This document shows positions 1 to 10,400 of a stretch of DNA of 64,000 bases, one piece after another. The notes below the pieces were generated by a model. That model ran no database searches and was not told where the DNA came from. It saw nothing but the letters and a program-made list of their open reading frames with translations. Position numbers and translations under genes: made by a program. The number at the start of each line of letters is the position of its first letter. Position 1 is the stretch's first letter. Origin of the DNA: an uncultured Gemmatimonadales bacterium (GTDB lineage Bacteria; Gemmatimonadota; Gemmatimonadetes; Longimicrobiales; Gaopeijiaceae); NCBI GenBank assembly GCA_963809895.1, contig CAWELD010000003.1, positions 3,456,001 to 3,520,000 on the forward strand. Reading direction: 5' to 3'.

Positions 1-1601
1 TGCACGCGTAGGCCGCCACCCAGTCCGAGGGCTGGAAGAGCGGGTTGAGGCGCAGGTATCCGTCGGCCGGGGCGTCCACCGGCTGCCACCGCACCGTGCG
101 CCCGCCCATCCCCTGGTAGCTCGCGGCCTCGGGATCCCGTTCGGGCCCGTAGACGCTGTCCAGCGCGGGGCTGTACTCGGTGCCGATGCGCTGAGGATTG
201 GCGAAGGGGCCCACCACGCTCCAGGGGCGGGCGAAACGGCGGACCGGACGCGGCTCCACGGCGGCCGGCGGCGCGGACGCCTGGTATCGGAGCGCCACGC
301 TGTCGGCGCCTCCACTCCGTCCGACAGCCGCCTCGCCGATCACTACCCCCGTAAGCGTGCGCTCGTCCTCGTCGGCAGCGAGGTCGAGCCGTACCGGGCG
401 CCCCCCGTCCAACGTCGCCATCCCCTCACCTCCGGCGCGCCCACCCACGGGATACACCACGACCTGATAGCGGTCGGCCCGCGGCACCGGCACCGTCAGC
501 GTCCAATCTCCGGGGCCGCCCGCCACTCGCAGGCCATCGGCCGTGACCGCACCCGGCGGGATCTTCACCGCCAGCACCCGCCGCTGGTTCGGAGACGGCA
601 ACCCCGGCAGCGGACGATGGGGCTCGGTCTGGTACCAGTAGGCCGTCGTGGCCATGTCCACGACCTCGCTGTTGGCGTGGCCGTGCTCCATCTCCATGCG
701 CAGCGAGTCGTGGAAGGGCACCGGATCCGGCAGATGCCAGCGATAGGCCGCGATGCGGGCCAGCGAGTCGTCCTTCACCACGAGCCCGTGATAGGGAGCA
801 GCGAACGGCCCCTGATCGAAATACCAACCCGCGTTGAAGTAGTCCTCGGTGCCGGTCCCCTGCCCCCGGAACGCGCCGTCCACGAAGAAGCGCTCGTCGC
901 CCTCCAGGAAGAGCAGGTTCCCGGCGTGGGACTCGGCCTGCAGGTTCATCCCCACGAAGCGTCCGGCTCCGTGTGCGTCCAGGACCCGGTGCCACGCGGG
1001 CGAGTCGGTACGGGGCTCCCGGTGCCACCACGCGTGGAAGGTGGCCAGCGGCTCGGGCAGCCGGTCCGTGAGCTCCACGTCGGCGTTGACGTAGAAGGCG
1101 TCGATGACCATGCCGGTGCCGTTGCGGGCCACGATGCGGGCATGGCGCGCGAAGGGCATGGGCAGGTAGCTGTAGAATCCCCCGCTGGACACGCCCATGG
1201 GCAAGGCCGCGTAGTGGCGGCGGTCGAAGCCGTTGCCGAAGAAGTCCCCCAGCGGCGCCAGCACCGAGGGCTCGCTCTCGCCGTCCCAGTACATCTCCAG
1301 CGCGATGCGGCGCAGATACTCGGGATCCCGGCTCGCCACCGTCATCCACAGGCGCCGGATCACCCCCGGGCCCTCCACGTCCAGGAGCACCACCGAGTCT
1401 CCTGGGGCCACCTCGAAGCGGTCCCGATTGCCGCCGGTGGTGTCGTACGACGACACGTGCAGGTAGCCCGAGGTGGGCGGCGAGAAGAGACCGTCGAGTC
1501 CCAGGCCGCCCGGTCCCGAGCCCGGCGCCGGTGGCGCACCGTCGCACGCCGACAGCGCGGCGACCAGACAGCAGCAGGGGCAGGAGGCTGCGGCGGGACA
1601 T
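1..1601 (-). CDS. DUF2961 / glycoside hydrolase family 172 lipoprotein with C-terminal accessory domain; runs off the left edge; apparent 1-nt frameshift at about 1568
   Basis: Not in the ORF track (no stop inside the window). Manual translation from 1567 downward gives LVAALSAC...HVSSYDTTGGNRD...EGPGVIRRLWMT...MYWDGESEPSVLAPLGDFFG...YLPMPF...FLEGDERFFVDG...GTGTEDYFNAGWYF...AYRWHLPDPVPF...AYWYQ, the GH172 pattern. Removing one base near 1568 joins ATG 1601 to give a lipoprotein signal MSRRSLLPLLLLVAALSAC. Confidence 0.85.
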
Positions 1602-1788
1602 GGACGGGCTCCTGGGGGTACGGACGAGATCCGACACCGGTGATCCTGGGGCCGCGAGTCGCTGCCGCGCGAGGGGCCGACCGACCGAGGGCCCCGCACC
1701 GATGGGCTCCTCCGGTTCGAGCAATCCTTGCGCCCGCGCCTACCCTGTGGAGAATTTCGGGCCCCGCCCGCCGATCCGGAGAACCATC

Positions 1789-4598
1789 ATGATCCGAGCA
1801 CGCTTTCGTGTCGCCTTCACGGCGCTGCTGGCCTCCCTGCCCGCTTCGCTCCAGGCCCAGGTCACGCCGCAAACCCCGCTCCCCGTGGATCCCCAGGTCA
1901 CCGCCGGCCAGCTGGACAACGGCCTGCGCTACCTGATCCGCCCCAACACGCGACCGGAGCAGCGGGCCGAGCTGCGCCTGGTGGTGAACGCCGGCTCCAT
2001 CCTGGAGACCGACGCCCAGCGCGGGCTGGCGCACATGGTGGAGCACATGGCGTTCAACGGCACCGAGCACTTCGAGAAGCAGGAGCTGGTGAACTACCTG
2101 GAGTCCATCGGCATGGAGTTCGGGCCCTCCATCAACGCCTCCACCAACTTCGACGAGACGGTCTACATGCTGCGGGTGCCCACCGACGATCCGGAGGTGC
2201 TGGACAAGGCCTTCCTGATCCTCGAGGACTGGGCCCACGGCGTCACCTTCGACCCCGAAGAGGTCGACAAGGAGCGCGGCGTGGTCATCGAGGAGTGGCG
2301 CCTGGGCCGGGGCGCCTCGGCGCGTATGGCCGACCAGCAGCTCCCGGTCATGTTCAAGGACTCCCGCTACGCCGAGCGGCTTCCCATCGGCTCCGTCGAC
2401 GTGCTGGAGAGCTTCCCGCCCCAGGAGCTGGTGAACTTCTATCACGAGTGGTACCGCCCCGACCTCATGACGGTGGTGGCGGTGGGGGACTTCGATCCCG
2501 CCGACATCGAGGGCCTGGTGCGGAGCCACTTCGGGGGGATTCCCATGCCGGCGAATCCCCAGGAGCGGCGCACCTGGGACGTGCCCGGCCACGACTCCAC
2601 CTACTTCGCCATGGCCACGGATCCCGAGGCCACCAGCTCGCAGGTGGCGATCCTCACCATCCAGGACCCGCCACCCGAGGGCACGGTTGGTGACTACCGG
2701 CGTTCGCTGGTGGAATCCCTCGCCAGCGGAATGCTCAACGCACGCCTGTCGGAGCTGGCGCAGCAGTCCGATCCTCCCTTCGCCTTCGCCGGCACGGCCC
2801 GGGGCCGCTTCATCCGCACCGAGAGCGCGTACCAGCTCGTGGCCGTGGTCCCGGAAGACGGCCACCTGCGGGGCATGGAGGCGATCCTCACCGAGGCCGA
2901 GCGGGCGGCGCGGCACGGCTTCACCGCAGACCGAGCTGGACCGTCAGAAGGCGGACCTCCAGCGCGGGATGGAGCGCATCTACAACGACCGCGACAATCA
3001 GCCGTCGAGCGGCTTCGCCAGCGAGTACGTGAACCACGCGCTCTACGGTGAGCCGATTCCCGGCATCGAGTTCGAGTACGCCATCACCCAGGCGCTCCTG
3101 CCCGGCATCACGCTGGACGAGGTCGAACGCCGTCGCCCGGGCGAACCTGAGCGCCGAGAACCGGGTGGTGCTGGTGAACGGCATCGAAAAGCCGGGCCTC
3201 GAGCTGCCGACGGAGAGCGACTTCCGCCAGCTCTTCCAGCGCGTGGCGGCCAGCGACATCGCGCCCTACGAGGACAACGCTCCGGATCAGCCGCTGGTGG
3301 CCGAGCCGCCCACGCCGGGCTCGGTGGTGAGCGAGGAGACGATCCCGGACCTGGACATCCACGTCTGGCGGCTCTCCAACGGCGCCACCGTGTGGCTCAA
3401 GCCCACCGACTTCAAGGAGGACGAGGTGATGCTCAGGGCCACCAGCCCCGGCGGCTGGTCGCGCTCCACGCCCGACGAGCAGGAGTCGGCACAGTACGCC
3501 GCCACCCTGGTGCAGCAGGGTGGCGTGGGCGACTTCTCCATGATCGACCTGCAGAAGGCCCTGGCCGGCAAGGCGGTCGGAGTGTCGCCCACCATCGACG
3601 AGACCAGCGAAGGGTTCACGGGCCAGGCATCGCCCAAGGACCTGGAAACGCTCCTGCAGCTGGTGTGGCTCTACTTCACCGAGCCGCGCCGAGACGAGTC
3701 CACCTTCCAGGCCTTCCTGTCTCAGGGACGCGCGGTGCTGCAGAACCGGGCAGCCAGCCCACAGGCCGCGTTCAGCGACACGGTCGCCGTGACCATGGCC
3801 CAGCACAACCCACGGGTGCGGCTGCCCACCCCGGACATGCTGGACCGCATCGACCTGGACGAGGCCATGGCCTTCTACCGGGATCGCTTCGCCAGCGCCG
3901 ACGACTTCACATTCGTGCTGGTGGGGGCGCTGGACCTGGACACGGTGCGACCGCTGGTGGAGCGCTACCTCGCTTCACTGCCCGCGCTGGACCGGCAGGA
4001 CGGCTGGGTGGACCTGGACATCGATCCTCCCACCGACGTGGTGGAGAAGACGGTGCACCGGGGCATCGAGCCCAAGAGCCAGACGCACGTGGCCTTCACC
4101 GGACCCTTCGACTACACGCCGGCCAACCGCCTGGCGATCCGGGCGCTGGCGTCGGTGCTGGAGACCCGGCTGCGCGAGCGCCTGCGTGAGGACCTGGGCG
4201 GCACGTACAGCGTGGGCGTGAACGCCGGCTACGAAGACGTGCCCGAGCAGCGCTACACCTTCACCATCGACTTCGGCTCCGATCCCGACCGCGCCCCGGA
4301 GTTGAAGGCAGCCGTCTTCGACGAGATCCATCGGCTCAAGAACGACGGGCCCACCGCCGACGAGGTCGCCACCGTGATCGAGCAGGAGCGGCGCCGCCTG
4401 GAGACCAGCATGGAGCAGAATCCCTGGTGGACCGCGCAGCTCAGCTACGTCTCTCAGAGCGACGACGACCCCCACTATCTGGTGGACATGGGTCGCATGG
4501 ACGCGGTGACGCCGGAGTCGATCCAGCAGGACGCCGAGCGCTACCTGGACGAGGACCGCTACGTGGTGGTGGTGCTGTTGCCCCAGGCCGCGGGTTGA
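1789..4598 (+). CDS. M16 family zinc protease (PqqL-like), exported; split across three frames by two 1-nt insertions (about 2926 and 3125)
   Basis: Signal peptide, LDNGLRY, GLAHMVEHMAFNGT (HxxEH), NASTNFDETVY, ERGVVIEE; second half with LSNGATV and LREDLGGTYSV. Segments lie in ORFs 1531..3051, 2687..4189 and 3048..4598; the rejoined length is about 935 aa, normal for this family. Confidence 0.9.
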
Positions 4599-4612
4599 AG
4601 GCGAGGGATGGC

Positions 4613-7297
4613 GTGATCCGGAGCCGCCGCGCGCGCCCTGTGGCGGCGGCTCCGGGGCTGACCCTGGCCGCGGTGCTGATCGCGGTGGCGGGCTGCACCG
4701 AGCGGCCCTCGGCCACTACCGTGGTCCTGCCGCTGACCCAGGGATGGACCATGGCCGAGGCCGGCGCCGGAAGCTCCGGAGCCGGACCCACCGACGCACA
4801 CGGTGAGCCCGGGGCCCCGGGCGACACGGTACCCCGAGCGGGCGACGCCGCCTGGGTGCCCGCCACCGTACCCGGGACCGTCCACACGGACCTGCTGGCC
4901 GCCGGCCTCATTCCCGACCCCTACGCCGGCGCCAACGAGGACACGCTTCAGTGGATCGAGGACCGGGATTGGGTCTACCACCTCAGCCTGGATCCGCCGG
5001 AAGGCGTGCGACGCCAGGATCGTCTGGACCTGGTCTTCGACGGGCTGGACACCTACGCCGCGGTGACGCTCAACGGCGACACCGTGCTCGAGGCGGACAA
5101 CATGTTCCGGAGCTGGCGGGTGGACGTGGCGTCGGCCCTCCAACCCGGCGCGAACACCCTGGAGGTGCACTTCCGCTCGCCCATCGCCGTCGGGGAGCGC
5201 CTGGCCGCGGCCCACGCCTTCCCGCTCCCGCAGGGGAGCGACGCCCACGACCCGCCCACCCGTGCCTTCACCCGCAAGGCCGCCTACCAGTACGGCTGGG
5301 ACTGGGGGCCCCGCTTCGTCACCAGCGGCATCTGGCGGCCCGCGCGCCTGGAAGCCTGGTCCGGCGCGCGCATCGCCGATACCTGGGTGCGTGTGGACTC
5401 GCTGGACGCCGACACGGCGCGGGCTCGCGTGCTGGTGACGGTGGAAGCCACGGCCGAGGCCGACGCCAGGCTCCAGATCCGGAGCGACAGCGGCGCGTTC
5501 GAGGCTGTGGGCACGGACGTGCACCTGGAGCCGGGCACGCAGACGCTGGAGCTGCCGCTCCGCATCGCTCGGCCGCGCCTGTGGTGGCCCGCCGGCATGG
5601 GCGAGCCGCATCTCTACCGGGCCGAAGTGTCGCTGTCGGTGGGGCGGAGGCTCGCCGCGGACACCGTGGATTTCGGGCTCCGCACCGTGCGCCTGGTCAC
5701 CGAGCCCGACAGCGTCGGCGAGTCCTTCTACTTCGAGGTGAACGGCCGGCCCCTCTTCGCCCGGGGGGCCAACCTGGTGCCGCTGGACCACTTCACGCCC
5801 CGGGTCGACTCCGCGGACTTCGCGGCACTCTTCGACGACGTGGCCCGAGCCGGCATGAACATGCTCCGGGTGTGGGGCGGCGGAGTGTATCCCCGGGACC
5901 TGTTCTACGACATGGCGGACCGGCGCGGCATCCTGATCTGGCAGGACTTCATGTTCGCCAACGCCCTCTATCCGGCGGATCCGGATTTCCTGGCATCGGT
6001 GCGGGCCGAGGCCACGGACCAGGTCCGCCGTCTCCGGAATCACCCCAGCCTGGCACTCTGGTGCGGCAACAACGAGATCGACGAGGGCTGGCACAACTGG
6101 GGATGGCAACGCTCGCTGGGCTACACGTCGGCCGACTCCACGCGGGCCTGGGCGGACTATCGCGCCGTCTTCGAGGACGCCCTCCCCGGGGTGGTGGCCC
6201 AGCTGGATCCCGGCGTCGCCTACCGGCCGTCGTCTCCCTCCATCGGCTGGGGCCATCCCGAGAGCCTGACCCGGGGCGACAGCCACTACTGGGGCGTGTG
6301 GTGGGGGATGGAGCCGTTCTCCACCTATGCCGCCAAGGTGCCTCGCTTCGCCTCGGAGTTCGGGTTCCAGGGGATGCCGGACCTGGCCACCGTGCGCCGA
6401 TTCGCGCCCCCTGAGCATGTGCGCATGGGCGACGCGCTCTTCGACAACCACGAGAAGCATCCCACGGGATTCCAGACCCTTCGCACCTATCTTGCCCGCG
6501 ACCTGGTGGTGCCGCCGGACTCGGCGATCCGCCCGTGGATCTACGCCACCCAGCTCCTGCAGGCCCGGGGCATGCGGGTGGCCTTCGAGGCCCAGCGCCG
6601 AGCACGTCCCCGCGCCATGGGAACCCTCTACTGGCAACTCAACGACACCTGGCCGGTGGTGTCCTGGTCCAGTCGCGATCACGAGGGACGGCTGAAGATG
6701 CTCCACTACGCCGCCGCCCACGCCTTCGCGCCGCTGCTCGTGTCACCGGTGCTCCAGGGGGACTCCGTTCAGGTGTGGGTGGTGGACGACGAGCCGGGCA
6801 CGGCGGCCGCGGAGCTCACGGTCACGGGCTGGAGCGTGGAGGGCGACACCCTGGCCGTGCGCCGGACCGACGTGGCGACGCCCGACGCGGGCAGCGCACG
6901 CGTGCTCACCGTCCCGGTGTCGGAGTTGCTGAACGGAGTTTCGCCGGAGCGGGCCTTCGTCACCCTGACGCTCCACACGGCCGACGGCCGCGACGCCGAC
7001 AACGTGCTCTACCTGGTGCCGCTGAACGCGCTGGAGCTGCCCGAGCCGGAGATCTCCCATCGCGCGCTCCTCCCGTCCGAAGGCGGCCCCGGTGTGGAGC
7101 TCACCACCCGCTACCCCGCGCACTTCGTCCACCTGGACGTGCCCGGGGCGCCGCTGGAGTTCGACGACGACGGCTTCCTGGTCCTGCCCGGCCAGCGGAA
7201 GCGCGTCACCGCCCACAGGTTGGCACCGAAGAACCGGCAGGACGTGGAAGTCGTGCACGTCACGTCGCTGGCGGAGCTTCTGTCCGGCGGACTCTGA
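4613..7297 (+). CDS. GH2 beta-mannosidase-like glycoside hydrolase, probable lipoprotein
   Basis: VPGTVHTDL, FDGLDTYA, RKAAYQYGWDWGP, NMLRVWGGG, WQDFMFA, LWCGNNE (acid/base), FASEFGFQ (nucleophile), YWQLND; lipobox IAVAGC. GTG start at 4613 inferred. Confidence 0.88.
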   Translation: MIRSRRARPVAAAPGLTLAAVLIAVAGCTERPSATTVVLPLTQGWTMAEAGAGSSGAGPTDAHGEPGAPGDTVPRAGDAAWVPATVPGTVHTDLLAAGLIPDPYAGANEDTLQWIEDRDWVYHLSLDPPEGVRRQDRLDLVFDGLDTYAAVTLNGDTVLEADNMFRSWRVDVASALQPGANTLEVHFRSPIAVGERLAAAHAFPLPQGSDAHDPPTRAFTRKAAYQYGWDWGPRFVTSGIWRPARLEAWSGARIADTWVRVDSLDADTARARVLVTVEATAEADARLQIRSDSGAFEAVGTDVHLEPGTQTLELPLRIARPRLWWPAGMGEPHLYRAEVSLSVGRRLAADTVDFGLRTVRLVTEPDSVGESFYFEVNGRPLFARGANLVPLDHFTPRVDSADFAALFDDVARAGMNMLRVWGGGVYPRDLFYDMADRRGILIWQDFMFANALYPADPDFLASVRAEATDQVRRLRNHPSLALWCGNNEIDEGWHNWGWQRSLGYTSADSTRAWADYRAVFEDALPGVVAQLDPGVAYRPSSPSIGWGHPESLTRGDSHYWGVWWGMEPFSTYAAKVPRFASEFGFQGMPDLATVRRFAPPEHVRMGDALFDNHEKHPTGFQTLRTYLARDLVVPPDSAIRPWIYATQLLQARGMRVAFEAQRRARPRAMGTLYWQLNDTWPVVSWSSRDHEGRLKMLHYAAAHAFAPLLVSPVLQGDSVQVWVVDDEPGTAAAELTVTGWSVEGDTLAVRRTDVATPDAGSARVLTVPVSELLNGVSPERAFVTLTLHTADGRDADNVLYLVPLNALELPEPEISHRALLPSEGGPGVELTTRYPAHFVHLDVPGAPLEFDDDGFLVLPGQRKRVTAHRLAPKNRQDVEVVHVTSLAELLSGGL

Positions 7298-7406
7298 GGA
7301 CGGAGCGGGTGCGCGCCCACGACAACGTGGTGCAGTAGGCCGGGGCGTCCTATTATTCGAGCCTTCAAATGTTTAGCCCGACGCCAGCGCACGCGGAGCG
7401 CACCGA

Positions 7407-10400
7407 GTGATCGAGCTTCCCGACTTCGAAATCACCGAGACCCTCCACGAGGGTAGCGTGTCCACGGTGTACCGGGCGCGCGGCCCTGATGGGCCTGTGG
7501 TGCTCAAGTGCCTGACGGCGCCGTATCCCACGGCCGCCCAACGCGCGGCGTATCAGAGCGAGTTCGACATCCTCTCACGCCTGTCGGCGTCCGGCGTGGC
7601 ACACGCACGGGAGATCCGGCAGGCCGGGCATGCCCCGATTCTGGTGCTGGAATCCATCGACGCGCCGACCCTTCGCGTGGCGCTCGACGGCAAGTCCATG
7701 CGGGTGAAGGACTTTCTGGGTTTTGCGCAAGCGGCGGTCCGCGCGCTGGGCGAGGTCCACGCCGCGGGAGTGATCCACAAGGACCTGAACCCAGACAACA
7801 TCCTCTTCGACCCCGCGACCGGAGAGGTGCACCTCATCGACTTCGACATCGCCACGGAGCTCCCGCGCGAGCAGCCCTCCATCGGCGAGGTCACGCAGGT
7901 CGAAGGCACCTTGCCCTACATCTCGCCGGAGCAAACCGGGCGCATGAACCGTAGCCTGGACTCCCGGTCGGATCTCTACTCTCTGGGTGCCACGTTCTAC
8001 GAGGCCCTGACGGGCAAGCCTCCCTTCGAATCGGACCACCCCATGGGGGTGCTTCACGGGCACATCGCCCGCGTGCCGCGGCCACCGCACGAGCTCGCGC
8101 CCATGCCGCAGGTCCTTTCCGAGATCGTGCTCAAGCTGCTCGCCAAGGACGCCGGTGAACGGTATCAGACGTGCACCGGGCTGCTCCACGATCTGGAGAA
8201 CTGCGACCGACAGCTGAGAGAGACCTATGCCGTCGCGGACTTCCGCCTGGGCCAGCGCGATCGCAGCCTCCGCTTCGAGCTCCCGCAGAAACTGTACGGC
8301 CGCGAGAAGGAGCTCGCCGTTCTGAGAGACGGCTTCGAGCGGGTCTGCGCCGGTCAGACAGGCATCCTCATGGTGGCCGGCTACTCCGGGATCGGGAAGT
8401 CGTCGCTGGTGAACTCGGTACATCGGCCTCTGGTGCGCGAGCGGGGCCGATTCATCCGCGGAAAATACGATCTCCGCCGCCGTGACAAGCCGCTCAGTGC
8501 GATTCTGCAGGCGTTCAGGGATCTCGTGGTGCAGATCATCGTGGAGGACGACGCCGACTTCTGGAAGCGAGAGATCGAGCTGGCGCTGGGCTCCAACATC
8601 GGCGTCGTGGCCAAGGAGATCCCGGAGCTCCAGTACATCGTCGAAGAGCAGGAGCCCCTGCCCGAAGTCGGAGCCATCGAGGCACGCAACCGACTGCACT
8701 TCGCCTTCCAACGATTCGTGTCTGTGTTCGCGAGGCGCGAATCCCCGCTGGTCATCTTCCTCGACGACCTGCAGTGGGCCGATCAGGCGTCGTTGGGCCT
8801 GATCCAGGCGATCCTGACGAACCCGGAGGGGCGCTACCTCTACTTCATGGGGTGCTACCGCGACCACGAGGTGGGTCCGGACCACCCGCTGATCTCGACC
8901 CTGGAATCTGTCGAACGAGTCCACGGCGTCGATCGCATCACGCTTCCTCCGCTCCGTAAAGAACACCTTGAGGAGCTGGTCACCGACGCCTTCAGGACGA
9001 CTCGCGAAGAGTCCGCACAGCTCGCCGAGATCCTCATCGAGAAGACCAACGGCAACCCGTTCTTCGTCGGTGAGTTCCTCCGTGCCCTGAACCAGGCGGG
9101 ACTGTTCACGTACGATGTCGAGCACGGCGAGTGGACCTGGGACACCCGGCAGATTCGCCAGCTCGGGCCCACGGACAACGTGTCCCAGCTCATGACGTCG
9201 CGCCTCAACCGCCTGCAGGAGCCGGCGCGCCGCATTCTCATGCTGGCCGCGTGTATCGGTGCGGAGAGCCGCGAGACGACCCTGGTCGCACTTACCGGCA
9301 AGGATACCCGGGCCATCCAGGCCGATCTTGCCGAAGGCGTGGCGGAAGGCGTCATCATGCGTACCCGCGGCGGAGCGGACCGCAGCTTCCGCTATCGCTT
9401 CGCGCACGATCGCGTGCAGCAATCCGCTTATTCGCTGCTCCCCGAGTCCGAGCGCCCGGCTCGGCACCTGCAGATCGGTCGCCATCTACTCGCAGAGCTG
9501 ACCCCGGCCAACCGCGAGTCCAGGCTCTTCGACGTCGTCGATCAGCTCAATGCCGGTCGTGCCCGCATCGGAGCCGACGAGGAGCTCCTGCAACTCGCCG
9601 CGCTCAATCTAGAGGCGGGCCGACGCGCCAAGGCATCGGCTGCCTTCGAGCCCGCCCTCTCGTACTTCTCCATCGGCATGGACCTCCTGGGGGACGACCC
9701 CTGGAGCACTTCGCCGGACCTGCAGCGGGCCCTTTCCCTGGAGCGCGGCGAAAGCGAGTTCCTCAACGGCCACCACGAGGCTTCGGAGCGGCTCCTCTCC
9801 GACTGCCTCGAGCACGCCCACGACGCCCTCGAAGCCATGCCGGCCTACGCCATCCGCATCGCTTCGCACAACGCACAGGGTCGCTTCGTCGATTCCATCG
9901 GCATCAGCATCGAGGCATTGGCGAAGCTCGGTATCGAGCTCCCCAGCGACCCGGAGGCGATCCAGCAGGCTACCGGTACGGAGCTGGAGCGGGTTCGAAC
10001 CCATCTGGCCAGCCGCGAGATCGAGGACTTGATCGACCTTCCGAAGATGGCCGATCCGCAACTCATCGAAGCCCTGCGCATTCTGGTCATGATGACGTCG
10101 ACGGCCTACATCGGGTATCCCCCGATCTACCCGCTCATCGTCGCTCGGCAGATCAATCTCAGCATCGAGCACGGCAACGCACCGCACTCCCCCGTCGCGT
10201 ATTCGTCCTACGCGGTTCTGAACTCACCGGGTGGCCTGGGTGACCTGGATACCAGCTACCGGTTCGGTGAGCTGTCCCTGGCCATGCTCGACCGGGATCA
10301 CAACCCGGAGAACGCCACCAACATCAACTTCGTGTTCGGGACCTTCGTCAGTCACTGGCGGAATCACATCTCGGCCAGCCTGCAGTATCTGGACACGGCG

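Noticed and set aside
2920..3130. Programmed ribosomal frameshifting in the M16 protease
   Set aside because: No slippery heptamer or homopolymer; two successive shifts plus a third in the neighbouring gene fit sequencing error better.
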